Source of the DNA: Flectonema sp. DT1601
Lineage: Eukaryota
Reading direction: 5' to 3'
Assembly (NCBI GenBank): GCA_964019425.1
Contig: OZ025781.1
Coordinates: 1,302,001 to 1,366,000 of the forward strand
Length of the DNA: 64,000 nucleotides
The position numbers were made by a program, and so were the translations under genes. Within the stretch, counting starts at the first letter, position 1; each line of letters begins with the position of its first letter. This document shows, piece by piece, positions 47,900 through 58,970 of this stretch. A model generated the notes under the pieces. That model was not told the DNA's origin. It was given only the letters and a program-made list of their open reading frames with translations, and did no database searches.

Positions 47900-50425
47900 A
47901 TGGTCAAGAATTATCAGATAGTTGTCGTTCTCCCTTCTGAGCGAGAGAAGAAATGTTCAAAAACGAATGATAATAATAAACCACATCAGGGATATGTCGT
48001 AAGTCATTCTAGTGTTAGTCAACAAGAGGAAGATAATTTAGTAAATGAATATTTACGTAAACACAAGGTAAATCCACAACCGATTCTCCCTTGGGACTGT
48101 CATTCTGCGACACCAGGAGGTAGTATAATTCTAACAAAAGAAAAAAAAGTGAAGAAAAAAATTCAAAAAACTACCCGACCAGCTGACATACCCTTCAGAG
48201 TTCAAGGCGGTGGTTGCAGCGTCTCCGTATCTCCGTTTTTTCCGACTTTTAATGAACGAAAAGCATTCGAGCAATGTCAACAAGACAAAAACTCACTCAG
48301 AGTACCAAAAGCACCACCTCTGATCAACGGTGCTGCTTTGGTACGACTTTGGAGAGAACAGAAGGATTCTCAAATACGAAATAAAATCGTATCAGAGATG
48401 AAGAGGAGAGGGGACAAGAAAGAAATTATGATGAAAGCATCAATGAAGGAACAATGGGAGAAGATGCTACTGCGTAAAGCCAGAGCTTCAGTAGTTCAAG
48501 AAAAGAGACAAAAGGCGAGAGAGAAACACAAAGAACTAACTAAAGAACATATGATTAGATTGAAGACTCTTCATCTTGCATTTGAGGATAAGCATTCTGC
48601 TGCTGGTCTCCTTCGGGAGGATCGCCCAAGGGCTGAGGTACGCAAACGTGTTGCTCAGTGGCTTTCACTTATCCCGGTTTTGTTATTTCTTAGAAAACTT
48701 CTCGACGCCAAGTCAGAAATGAAAGCAACTCGAGTGATGTTGAAGTTGTTAGTTCCGCTTATTTACCGAAACCGAGCTCGCCGTAGTATGAATAAAAAGA
48801 AAGAAATGTTACTCAAACTTCACAAGAGTACCGTCAGTCCTCTAACTCCACTCGATTTCAAAAGGAATGCGATCTTCAGATTATGGCCAGATAATCTTCT
48901 TGAAGAATTACTTCAAAAAGTAACCCTCAGAGCCTATCTATGTAATGAACATGTTACTTTTGAGGGAGATCCGATACCTTGGGCTGGTGTTGTTGCATCA
49001 GGTAAGCTATCATTATCAATTATGTTACCTCCTTCAGGGTACAACACTCACAGTGCTAAGAGTAGGAAAGTCGACCACGGATATATATTCTCACATCGTG
49101 AGGAAGCTGACTGGCTCGGTTGGACTGCTCTCTGCTGTCCAGGAGTTACTTGGGAATTCTCAGCTCAGTGCAAAACTGATTCTCTTCTTTGGATAATTCT
49201 GAAGAAGGATTTTGATGCTCTGATTCCAAGACTACCGAAGGCAGCACAAGAAGGTTACTTTTCATTAGTTACAAGTAGTGCTCTTAGTACTACTGTTGTG
49301 CCTCTGACTGCATCAGACTTACAAAATAGCGCTCCCATGTTCAGGGACGTATCTGCTTGGACAGAACAAGACCTTCAGGAAGTAGTTTCTCATATGAAGC
49401 CGAGCGTACTATTTGATTGTGACGTTGATGGTCTTGTTAGAGAAGGTGACTTTGGACAAGACTTTCACTTCATAAGTCAAGGAGCAGTCCTGATTCACAG
49501 AGCAAAGTATAAACATTCCTTTATGTACCCAACTCAACAGTCAGGTGCTTCAACTCCTTTGAGAAGGAAGTCAAGAGCTGCGTCAATCGCAACAATTAAA
49601 TTATCACCCGAAATGTTTGGATTGGATACTTCTCAAGTGTGTGTGGATGTGTTACAACCAGGTGCTTCTTTTGGTGAATATTCATTTCTGTGGCCCGAAC
49701 CACGAATGGCTACCTGCATTCCAATTGGAGTTGTGAAGGTTTGGGTACTCACTAGGAGTGATTTCCAAGAACTTTTATTAAAATTTCCCGACAGATCTGC
49801 TCCTATGAGAGAAGCCACTTCTATTCATCGACAACATAGACTTCTATCTTTAACAAAAAAAGGTTTTGGAATATCTCATCCTTGGCTTAGCTGTCTAAGC
49901 GACAGAGACTGCTCATCGTTACTTCGAATAGCAGAACCCGTTACACTCTGCCCGGGAGAGGAAGTAGTGCTGAAGTCGAGTCATGTTGATTATGTGTTTT
50001 TAATCCTCTCGGGTTCTGTAGAGGATGAGTCAGCTCACCATTCCTATAAAATAGATTCTGATAAGGTTTACTTTGGTCTTAATGAAGCTCTTGTTGATGG
50101 ATATCGTTGGCCTCGTACTCTCCGTTCTCTTGGTCGGACTGAACTGTGGGCATTCCCTGCACAGATCCTTTGTAATCTTTTATGGTCTCGTCTGTCTGAT
50201 GAATCCTTTGAAGAAATTCGGAGAGAATCGTATCTTGAAATTGGACAACCTTTTGCTCCACTTCATCCAGGTTCTAGAATTCACAAGGCTGACATGCCAC
50301 CACCTCTTCCTGTTAGACAGCTACTCTCTCACCTCAAGACTAATCAATCAAAAGCTCTTTTCTCGACGATACATAAATCCGGCAGAGCTCGGAGATCGAT
50401 ACTTGCATTTACCTTGGAAGAGTAA
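47900..50425 (+). CDS. Protein with about three cyclic nucleotide-binding domains
   Basis: VREGDFGQDFHFISQG...PGASFGE...PRMAT and two more degenerate CNB repeats; N-terminus uncertain. Confidence 0.75.
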   Translation: MVKNYQIVVVLPSEREKKCSKTNDNNKPHQGYVVSHSSVSQQEEDNLVNEYLRKHKVNPQPILPWDCHSATPGGSIILTKEKKVKKKIQKTTRPADIPFRVQGGGCSVSVSPFFPTFNERKAFEQCQQDKNSLRVPKAPPLINGAALVRLWREQKDSQIRNKIVSEMKRRGDKKEIMMKASMKEQWEKMLLRKARASVVQEKRQKAREKHKELTKEHMIRLKTLHLAFEDKHSAAGLLREDRPRAEVRKRVAQWLSLIPVLLFLRKLLDAKSEMKATRVMLKLLVPLIYRNRARRSMNKKKEMLLKLHKSTVSPLTPLDFKRNAIFRLWPDNLLEELLQKVTLRAYLCNEHVTFEGDPIPWAGVVASGKLSLSIMLPPSGYNTHSAKSRKVDHGYIFSHREEADWLGWTALCCPGVTWEFSAQCKTDSLLWIILKKDFDALIPRLPKAAQEGYFSLVTSSALSTTVVPLTASDLQNSAPMFRDVSAWTEQDLQEVVSHMKPSVLFDCDVDGLVREGDFGQDFHFISQGAVLIHRAKYKHSFMYPTQQSGASTPLRRKSRAASIATIKLSPEMFGLDTSQVCVDVLQPGASFGEYSFLWPEPRMATCIPIGVVKVWVLTRSDFQELLLKFPDRSAPMREATSIHRQHRLLSLTKKGFGISHPWLSCLSDRDCSSLLRIAEPVTLCPGEEVVLKSSHVDYVFLILSGSVEDESAHHSYKIDSDKVYFGLNEALVDGYRWPRTLRSLGRTELWAFPAQILCNLLWSRLSDESFEEIRRESYLEIGQPFAPLHPGSRIHKADMPPPLPVRQLLSHLKTNQSKALFSTIHKSGRARRSILAFTLEE

Positions 50426-50837
50426 TAAGTCTTTTCATTTAATAGAAGTTAGCGATTCGTGTGCGGTGACTTCTTTCCAGGAGTCTCATTCCCACAGAGT
50501 TACACCAGTAAGGAAGCCTTTGGATGTTTATTTTAGTTACTGTTGTGTTGGTATGTCGATGTGGTGTTTGTTTTTTATCGCATTCTTCCCCCCCCCATAT
50601 GATCATATGATGGTGTGGATGAAAATGAACTACTCACTCTTTGTAAGAATCGTATTATTAGATTGTTGTTGTAGTGGTTATTTTAATTAATTACCCCCCT
50701 TCAGATTATCTACCTGAGACCTTCCCCCTTTTCGTATTTTTACACGCGTCTCTTGTGTACCAAGCAACTCTTCTCTCTTTACACCTCGACACCACCTCAT
50801 CTCTTAATTAAAAACAACTAAACTTATAAATATAATA

Positions 50838-51485
50838 ATGTCATCTACTGCGACTTCTTCCATGACTCTTCAGGTTCCTATGCCGGAGTTGGTTCCTTAC
50901 TCAGCTACACCATCGCCAATGAGAGTGTCGAGTCAAACACCTCCACCAGCGCTGCTCTCACCATCTCCATCTCCGAAGTGCGATGTATGTTGAAATTTTT
51001 GTTGTTTTTTTTTCTTAAAAAAAAATAAAAAAAATAAAAAAAAACAGTTTCGCCGAACCCCTGGAAAGTCGATGCAGGGAGTTGAAGAAGATCTCACGGG
51101 TATTGTCTCAATCGCACTTTCTGTATTAAATTCCATAGCTCAGGGTAGCCCTGATGTGAATAAGAAAACACTTCCACTTCCACCACTTCTCAGCCCTGAA
51201 CAAGAACAGGGAGAACGACTTCAATTGCTTTCAAGTGTTATAAAGGCGTCAATGGATTTACCAGAATTGATTGCTGCAGTTGATGATGATGTGTCAGCTT
51301 CTGAGATTGATTTTGATGCGGATTTGCTTGCGCTTCCTGATCTTCTATCTCTCTCTCCGCAACCGATTCCAACGCCAGAATTAATTCCTCTTACTCCAGA
51401 AGATCGGGCGAGTAGACGTTCCTACTACAACAACTCACCGTGGACAGCGAAGACCCTAGCCAACGTGTTTAATATGCTTGGATAG
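50838..51485 (+). CDS. Hypothetical Pro/Ser-rich protein (intron 50985-51047)
   Basis: ATG at 50838; a GTATGT...AAACAG intron joins in frame to the 51072 ORF. Confidence 0.65.
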
Positions 51486-54417
51486 TTTGTTGGTCTGATC
51501 CTGCTACCATGAATAAACAAAAAAAAAAAAAGGCTGCTTGTTAATTCTGTTTTGTTAATACCGCCCCCGTTCATATAGTTACGTCGAAATAAAAACATCC
51601 ATCCCATATTCGAGTAAAAAAGAGATTGTCCGAGAGGTTCAGTCAAATCTGTTGTTTGTTTTCTTTTTTTTAATTTTTTTTTTTCCCTTACCCCGCTCAT
51701 TTATCTTATTGTCAATCTTTTTTTTTCGTTATGTTATGTGGTACCATATTATGAAATTTTTTTACATTTGAAAAAAATAAAAATAAAAAAAAAAATAAAA
51801 TGAATAAATATCCCGCCTTCCTCTTCCCTTTGGCTCTCCTCGATTCTTCCGAGCGAGAAAAAAAAAAAAAATGTTAGAAACCACAAAATTGCTTATTTAA
51901 TTACATAGCGAGCATGTAAATTTTCATCAAAGTGAGTTTTATGGCCGCGTTGGACGTGACTAGGAACTCTTATAATGAATTTAAGAATAATAAAAAAAAA
52001 AAAACAACGAAAAAATTAAAATAAAAATACAAAGTAATCAGACGACTGTAGCAACGTCAACAAAGGGAAGACGTGAAAGCCTCACTCAAATCTCTTCCAG
52101 TCGACTTCTTTAACAATTATTTTTATCAACCAACTGTTGAAACTCTGAGCCCTACATTGCCTACAGGATTACTGTAAGCTCAGTTTCGTGTCGTCAGTCA
52201 AATACGTTGATTTTTTTAAAAAAAAAAAAGTAAAACGAGCAATGGAAAGAAGTTACTGAACTCGATTATTTAAAAAAAAAAAAAAAAATTTACTTTATTT
52301 TTCCGTCAAGCTTAATTATTTCTTTCATTCGTCAGTGATTATTCGCCGATTCTCTACCCGCATCCAAAATACTACATTCGCTGTTCCGAAGGCTTACTCT
52401 TGTGCCTTTCAGAATCTTGTGGGGGTAAAGAACTTTAAAAAAAAAAAAAAAAAGACGGGAAAAAATGTATTTATTGCGAAATCACTGTTTTCTCTCTTCC
52501 CTGTCCCCCCTTCCTCCACGTGTCAAGAAAGCTTCTGTTTTGGTATTCTTAGCTGTCGTTGTTATTGTGAAAGGAGATTACGATTTGAGTATCTGTGTTT
52601 TGTGTACAACTTGTACTTCGAGAAGAGAGTTACTCACGTTGTAGAATCGTGCTTTGCAGTAGGCTAGAGCAAGTAAAAATAATCAACAGAGCGTTCTTTT
52701 ATTTTCTCACAATCCAAAAAAAAAAAAAAAAACAAATTCCCCCTTGTATCGTAGTTCCCCTGACTAGAATTTTAAAAAAATCCGAGAAAGTCGTCGTCCC
52801 TCTCGTTGGGGGGGATGTTGACGGCAATTATTATTTTTTTCCACTTTTCATTTGATATTGTGAATGATAGCAAAAAAAAAAAAAAAAAAAAAAAAAAACT
52901 GCATATTTTCTGTTATTTTCCTTTTTACCGGTACGCAGCCTGCTTGTGCTACTTTGTTTGGTTTTATTTCTTAGTGTACAGACACCACTCGTTGTGTATT
53001 TAGGAGAGGAAGTGAAACATCCGACGGGCAGCACGAGAGGATCTACAAACCGCTTACATGATATTATTTATTATTATTTTTTAATGCATTGAAAAAAAAA
53101 AGAAAAAAGAAAGAAAAGAAACCAAAACAACAACTCTTGTAACAACCATTCTCCCTTAATTAGATGTTTTTTTATTTACTTTCTTTTTTCGATGCTATAT
53201 CTCACTCGTCTTGCTTTGAATAGTTACGTGTCTAGCAGGTCTATTAAATCAACTAGAAAACAGCGATGAGACGTACCGAGACGATTCCTCCACAGAATGA
53301 TTTTTTTTTATCTTTTTTTTTTTTTTTTTTTATGTACTGCAGAATGAGAATTATATTATTGATTTCTCAATCTTTATTTTAAAAAAAAAAAAAATAAAAA
53401 AAAAATCCCCCGATCCCTTTTCATTTTTTTTTTTCTCTATCATTCGCTCCTCTTCATCTTTCTCTTTCTTTTTGATATTATTTTACTATCCCCACTTTAG
53501 ATGTTTTTTGTTTTTTGTTTAAAAAAAAAACCCAAAAAAAATCACTCGTTTCCAGTGAAGGGGAGTGTGTGTCGTGGATTACTAAGTCTGAATTATACTG
53601 ATACTGTCACCCGCCTTACTTTTATGTGATAACCATTTGAAACAAAAAAAAAGAAGAAAGTCCTTGAAAAATAGTACGTACAAGTCATCCCTGTATCACA
53701 TGAATGTGGTTGGAGGGATGACTGATGAGCATCTGAAGTAGATAAATCGGATGAGGGTTACCAGTAGTATGTTATTACTTTCTGTTGTTCTGTATTTTTC
53801 TGTTGGTAAACACCAATCGTTCACGGCAGAATTCTCGTATAATTTTTTTTTTTTTTTTTTTTGGATTTCCTCCTTTTAGCTTAAATAACGCCCTTGTATA
53901 ATATTAAGGGTGCGGATGTATTTTTTTATTTTTTGTGATATTGTGCTAAAAAAAAAAAAAGAAAATAAATTTGTTGTTTTGAAGGTTCTGTTTCGTTTCG
54001 AGGAGCAGAAAACAGAAAAAACAAAATAATCAAATTGTTGTTATTTAATTTTTATTTTATTTTATATTTTTTTTGACATTATAGCATCCACTTTTTTTTC
54101 TTTTTTTTGTTATTTATTATCGCTTGTTAGAATTTCTCCTCTTCCCCTCCCCTACTCCCCTACCAAGAAAAAAAAAAAAAAAAAAACAACAACAAATTCT
54201 CTTCCCGTTGATTCCCACTATTGTCAAAGTCCGCACAGCCGGTAACCCGTATCGTATTTTTCCTTCACTTTGTAATTAGTAGTAATTTCTTTTTTTTTTT
54301 AAATTATTCACCTCAGGGATTTAAACAACAAAAAATGATGTACTCCAAATCACATTGTTACGTACAACTAATTCACACTAATTCTTAATATTCAGAACTA
54401 TCCCTTAACACATAAAG

Positions 54418-55119
54418 ATGAATAATGTAAAAGCTATTCAAGACATGAATGAAAAGGAACTATCGATGGGAATTGATGGTCGTTCTCGAAACAGTTGGCA
54501 CAGTCAACACAGCGACAGCGCATGTGTATTTGTCGGAGGATTAGAGTTTAATATGTCAGAAGGAGATTTGTTGGTAGTCATGTCGCAATTTGGAGAAATT
54601 GTTGATGTCAGACTCGTTCGAGACAGAGAAACTGGGAAAAGTAAAGGATTCGCATACGTAACATACGAGGATCAGAGATCAACCATCCTGGCAGTTGATA
54701 ACATGAATGGAGTTAAACTACTCGGAAGGATACTTAGAGTTGACCATGCGGAGTATAAACCGATTCTTAAAAATTCTGATAGCGAATCCAGTGATGAAGA
54801 TTTCACTTCATTTAAAAAACGAGAACAACGAGAACGAAGAGACAGGCTCCTCCTCGCAGAAAAAGAATATCGCAAAGACAAACGAACAGAGAAGAAACAT
54901 AAAAAAGAACTTCTCTACGAAGCGAGGAAAGCCAGACTAACAACACTGACGGACAAGAAATCAATAAAAGATGAAACCAGCAGCATTAAGACCGAGGGTG
55001 ACATTAAACATGAACTTTTAGAAGTAAAAACAGAACCAGGTCTTGACAGAGATCGCAGACACCAAACCAGACGAGACAGACCTCGAGAAGGCAGGTCTCG
55101 AAGAAGAGATTCTTCCTAA
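54418..55119 (+). CDS. RBMX2: RES-complex RRM protein RBMX2/Snu17/Ist3
   Basis: SWH...SACVFVGGL...EGD...RDRETGKSKGFAY..YEDQRSTILAVDNMNG..LLGRILRVDH. Confidence 0.9.
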   Translation: MNNVKAIQDMNEKELSMGIDGRSRNSWHSQHSDSACVFVGGLEFNMSEGDLLVVMSQFGEIVDVRLVRDRETGKSKGFAYVTYEDQRSTILAVDNMNGVKLLGRILRVDHAEYKPILKNSDSESSDEDFTSFKKREQRERRDRLLLAEKEYRKDKRTEKKHKKELLYEARKARLTTLTDKKSIKDETSSIKTEGDIKHELLEVKTEPGLDRDRRHQTRRDRPREGRSRRRDSS

Positions 55120-55311
55120 TTATCACAGATAGCTGTTTGTGGTTCTTCAATGCACATGTTGCCAATTCTGAACATTTAAACTTGTTCTCCTTATTTAAGA
55201 TGATTATTTTTTTTCTAAGAAAAAATAATAAACGACTACCCCCCCCTTCAATATTTTCTAGTATTTCACACCTCCACTACCACTAACAGCATTCATCACA
55301 ACATATTTAAA

Positions 55312-55651
55312 ATGGGAAAAGAATTCACCGCCGCCGAAGTAGCTAAGCACAAGTCTGTTAAGGACTGTTGGGTTATAATTAATGGGCTTGTATTGGATCT
55401 TACTGAGTTCATTCAGGAACATCCTGGTGGTAAAGAAGCCATTATGATCTTTGCTGGAACTGATGCTTCTGAAGACTTCAATCTTATGCACAGCAACGAC
55501 TACATCGAAAAGGTATTGATTTTATTTTTTATTTTTTATAACTCTTTTTCTCAGTTTTAATAAAACTATTTAAATAACGACAACAACACACATCCAACAG
55601 TACGTAAAGGATTCGATCAAGGGAACACTTAAGGGTGCCTCAAAGTTGTAA
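55312..55651 (+). CDS. Soluble cytochrome b5-domain protein ending in SKL (intron 55513-55600)
   Basis: HPGG heme motif and second His in FNLMH; exon 2 reads YVKDSIKGTLKGASKL*. Confidence 0.85.
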
Positions 55652-56454
55652 GTCGTCATTGGAATATTGTTAGAAATGAGGGTCTCAACTGCTCAGGCCG
55701 ACCATTTGTTTTCTCTGCCATTGCTCGCAGGTTTTTCCGTATTGCAGCTCCTGCGGACCTGTAGAGCAGTAAAAAAAAAACACAACAATTTCTTGTTCTG
55801 CTCCCTCTCTGGCTGAATGTGTCCTCTGTCTATAGTGTTCTTGTTTGTTGGAACACTAAGGCAAGGTACTCTGGGTCATCCATCTGCTCTAGAGATGGGC
55901 TGGTGGAGTACTTTACAACCTAGTTAGTGCAATCGTGAAATAGCCATCGTTTAGCTTTTTTTAATTTTCCCCTGTTCCTTTTTTTTTCTTTCTCTGTTGT
56001 TTATTTTTATTTTTTCCTGTTCCCTATTTTCAAATCCCTCTTTCTGTAGTTTTTTTTTTTTTTTTTTTTTGAGAAATGAAGAGAGCAAAAAAAAAAAAAA
56101 AGAAAAACTGTAAAGAGCGTTTTGAGAGGGGAAGAGGGGAAAAAAAATAAAATAAAAGGAGATGAGACGGTGGGGTGAAAGGATTCATTTTGCGCTCACC
56201 TGCACAAAATGCAATTTATTTTCCCCCCTCGAAAATTCATTTGTTCTACTGTTCAGTAATATTCCACACCTGAGGAGTGTTACAGTTTCTTTGAGGAAGA
56301 GTCAACAATATAATATCACACTAATAATCCGCATCAATTACCTTCAGAAAACATCAATGCATTCGATTTGATTAAATGAGAAGAGTAGTTTTAGTTCAGT
56401 AAATCGAAGGATGTTAATTCGTTCTTTTTTTACAGTTTTTCGAAAATCATCAAA

Positions 56455-58288
56455 ATGTACAACTCAGGATTAGCATTTTTATTAGTATGCACACTTACGG
56501 TGTCTGCATTGGAGTCAGCTACTTGTGGTAATAGTTGTGTAGTTAACACTGACTGTGGGTCATCAGTCTCTGATGTATGTGGCTCATGTATGAACAGAGT
56601 TTGTGGTTCTGGATGTGGATTCTCATGCGCCAATGATGACTCATGTAGAGATGTTAACTGTCCATCATGCAATCCTACTACTAAAAAGTGTGGACCTTCC
56701 CCAACACCAACACCATCTCCATCAGTTCAGTGTGGAGGTTCTTGTGAAGTAGACTCTCACTGTAGTGGTGAATGTACTCTTTGTTTTAAATTTAATAACT
56801 CAACTGTTGGTACTTGTGGTCAGGGCTGCAAAGCTCACTGCACACTTGACTCTCACTGTTTGGACTCAAACTGTAATTCCTGCAACACGACTACTAAAAC
56901 CTGCGCTCAGAAATTCCCTCCAACTTCTAAATGTGGAGCTACTTGTGAAGTAAACTCTCAGTGTGGAGGAGATTGTAAGATTTGCTTTAAATCTTCAAAC
57001 ACTAGTTCAGGTATTTGTGGTGAGGGTTGTGGAGCTACTTGTGCTGCTGACTCTGAATGTGTTGACCCAAACTGCGGTGTTTGCAACAAAACATCCAACA
57101 GATGTGGACCAAAACCACCAACTCCACCAACCCCACCTGGCGGATGTTCCGCCACCTGCACTACTGATTCCGGCTGTTCCGGAGAATGTAATCTTTGCTT
57201 TAAGAAAATTGGAAGCACCTCTGGTTTGTAATTTGTGTATTTTATTTTATATAATTTAGTATTCTATCAAATCTATTAATATCAAACCAGGATCATGTGG
57301 TGTTGGCTGTAATGGTAACTGTACTGTAGACGCCCACTGTGCTGATTCTAACTGCCCATCGTGTAACGCTACGACTCGTAAATGTGGCGCAAAGCCGAAG
57401 GGATTTGAAGCCGCTGCTAAGTGTGCTAACAATTGTGTTGTTGATACTGACTGTCAGATCTCAGGAGTAAAGCTTTGTGGATTATGTATGCAGAGAAAGT
57501 GTGCCTCTGGTTGTGGTATGTCCTGTGATGTGAGCAGTCACTGTGGTGATACCAACTGTCCATTCTGTGACCAAACTACTAAATTATGTGGACCTCCTCC
57601 TGCTCCAACACCTGTCCCAACTCACACTGGAGGATGTGGAGCGCAGTGTGTTGTAGACACTCAATGTGTTGGTGAATGTGATTTGTGTTTCAAGACCGCT
57701 AACCAAACAACTGGAAAGTGTGGAGTTGGATGTAACACAAAGTGTACTACTGACGCTCACTGTGCTGACGACAACTGTCCAGTCTGCGACATGGAAACGA
57801 AGAGATGCAGCAGGAATCCAGCTCCAACACCTACCCCTACTCACACTGGAGGATGTGGAGCGCAGTGTGTTGTCGACACTCAATGTGTTGGTGAATGTGA
57901 TTTGTGTTTCAAGACCGCTAACCAAACAACTGGAAAGTGTGGAGTTGGATGTAACGCAAAGTGCACTACTAACGCTCACTGTGCTGATAGCAACTGTCCA
58001 ATCTGTAACGTGACTTCAAGAACTTGTGGTAGAAACCCTCCACACATTCCAACACCAGCGCCTAGCCATATTGGAGGATGTGGATCGACGTGTGTTGTTG
58101 ACACCAACTGTGGTGGTGAATGTGATTTGTGTTTCAAGTCAGTTAATCAAACCAACGGAAAGTGTGGTGTTGGTTGCAACTCTCCATGCACTTCAGACAT
58201 CCATTGTGCGGACACAAACTGTCCTGTCTGCGATCAGACGAAGAAGACCTGCACCAGAAAACCAATTACACCTACTCCGTCACAGTAA
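56455..58288 (+). CDS. Secreted cysteine-rich repeat protein with PT linkers (intron 57224-57290)
   Basis: Signal peptide; repeated CGxxCxVDxxCxGxCxxC modules; the intron restores ...STSGSCGVGC. Confidence 0.85.
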
Positions 58289-58970
58289 ACGGAAATTAAA
58301 TAAATTACTTCTTATTGTCATCAGTTCTTCTGATCGAATGGAATCGCTCGTGTTGTTTTGAAATGGCAAGCAACGTTTTATTTTTTATTTGTTTAACCCC
58401 CCCTTCGATGTGACATTCCCTCCCTTTATCTGTTGTTGTAATGCCATTACCAGGCATCCGACAGTTATGTGACTTGTTTTTCTCATTGAGGTGGCCGAGA
58501 ATGCCGTTTTGCAGCGACTGTCGGTGTTTTCCCATCTCTTCTCGTGTATGTGTCCAACGAACCGATTGTAGTTCTTCTTTTTGTTGTTCTTTATTTCCGA
58601 AGTCGATGAAGATGCTTCTGCGAAAAGGAAAAACAGGAAAAAAAAAAAAAAAAAAACATCATTTCTGTTCTCGTTTTTTTGTGTGTTTTTTTTTTTTTTT
58701 TTTTCCCTTCTCTTTTTCATTCCCTTTTTCACACTTCCCCAGATTATTCTTGTAGTCTCCGTTACTTATAGTTGCGAGGCGCAGCGTTCACTTAGTTCCA
58801 CAACTCAGGTCTTGGGGCATTCCCATTTGTTTTTTATTTTATTTTTACTATTTTCTCTACTCATCAGGTAACAAATGATAATTACCATAAATCTGTTTCA
58901 GTTTACTTATTTATATTTGTTTACTTTAGGTACTTTTTAAAGAACTAAAAAAAAAAAAAAAAAAAAAAAA

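Noticed and set aside
53683..53740. Hairpin followed by CTGATGAG...CTGA (hammerhead or C/D snoRNA-like)
   Set aside because: It lacks GAAA after stem II, and the C-D spacing is too short for a snoRNA.
51500..54400. Small ORFs in the long intergenic region
   Set aside because: Poly-K/poly-F translations of homopolymer runs with no coding signal.
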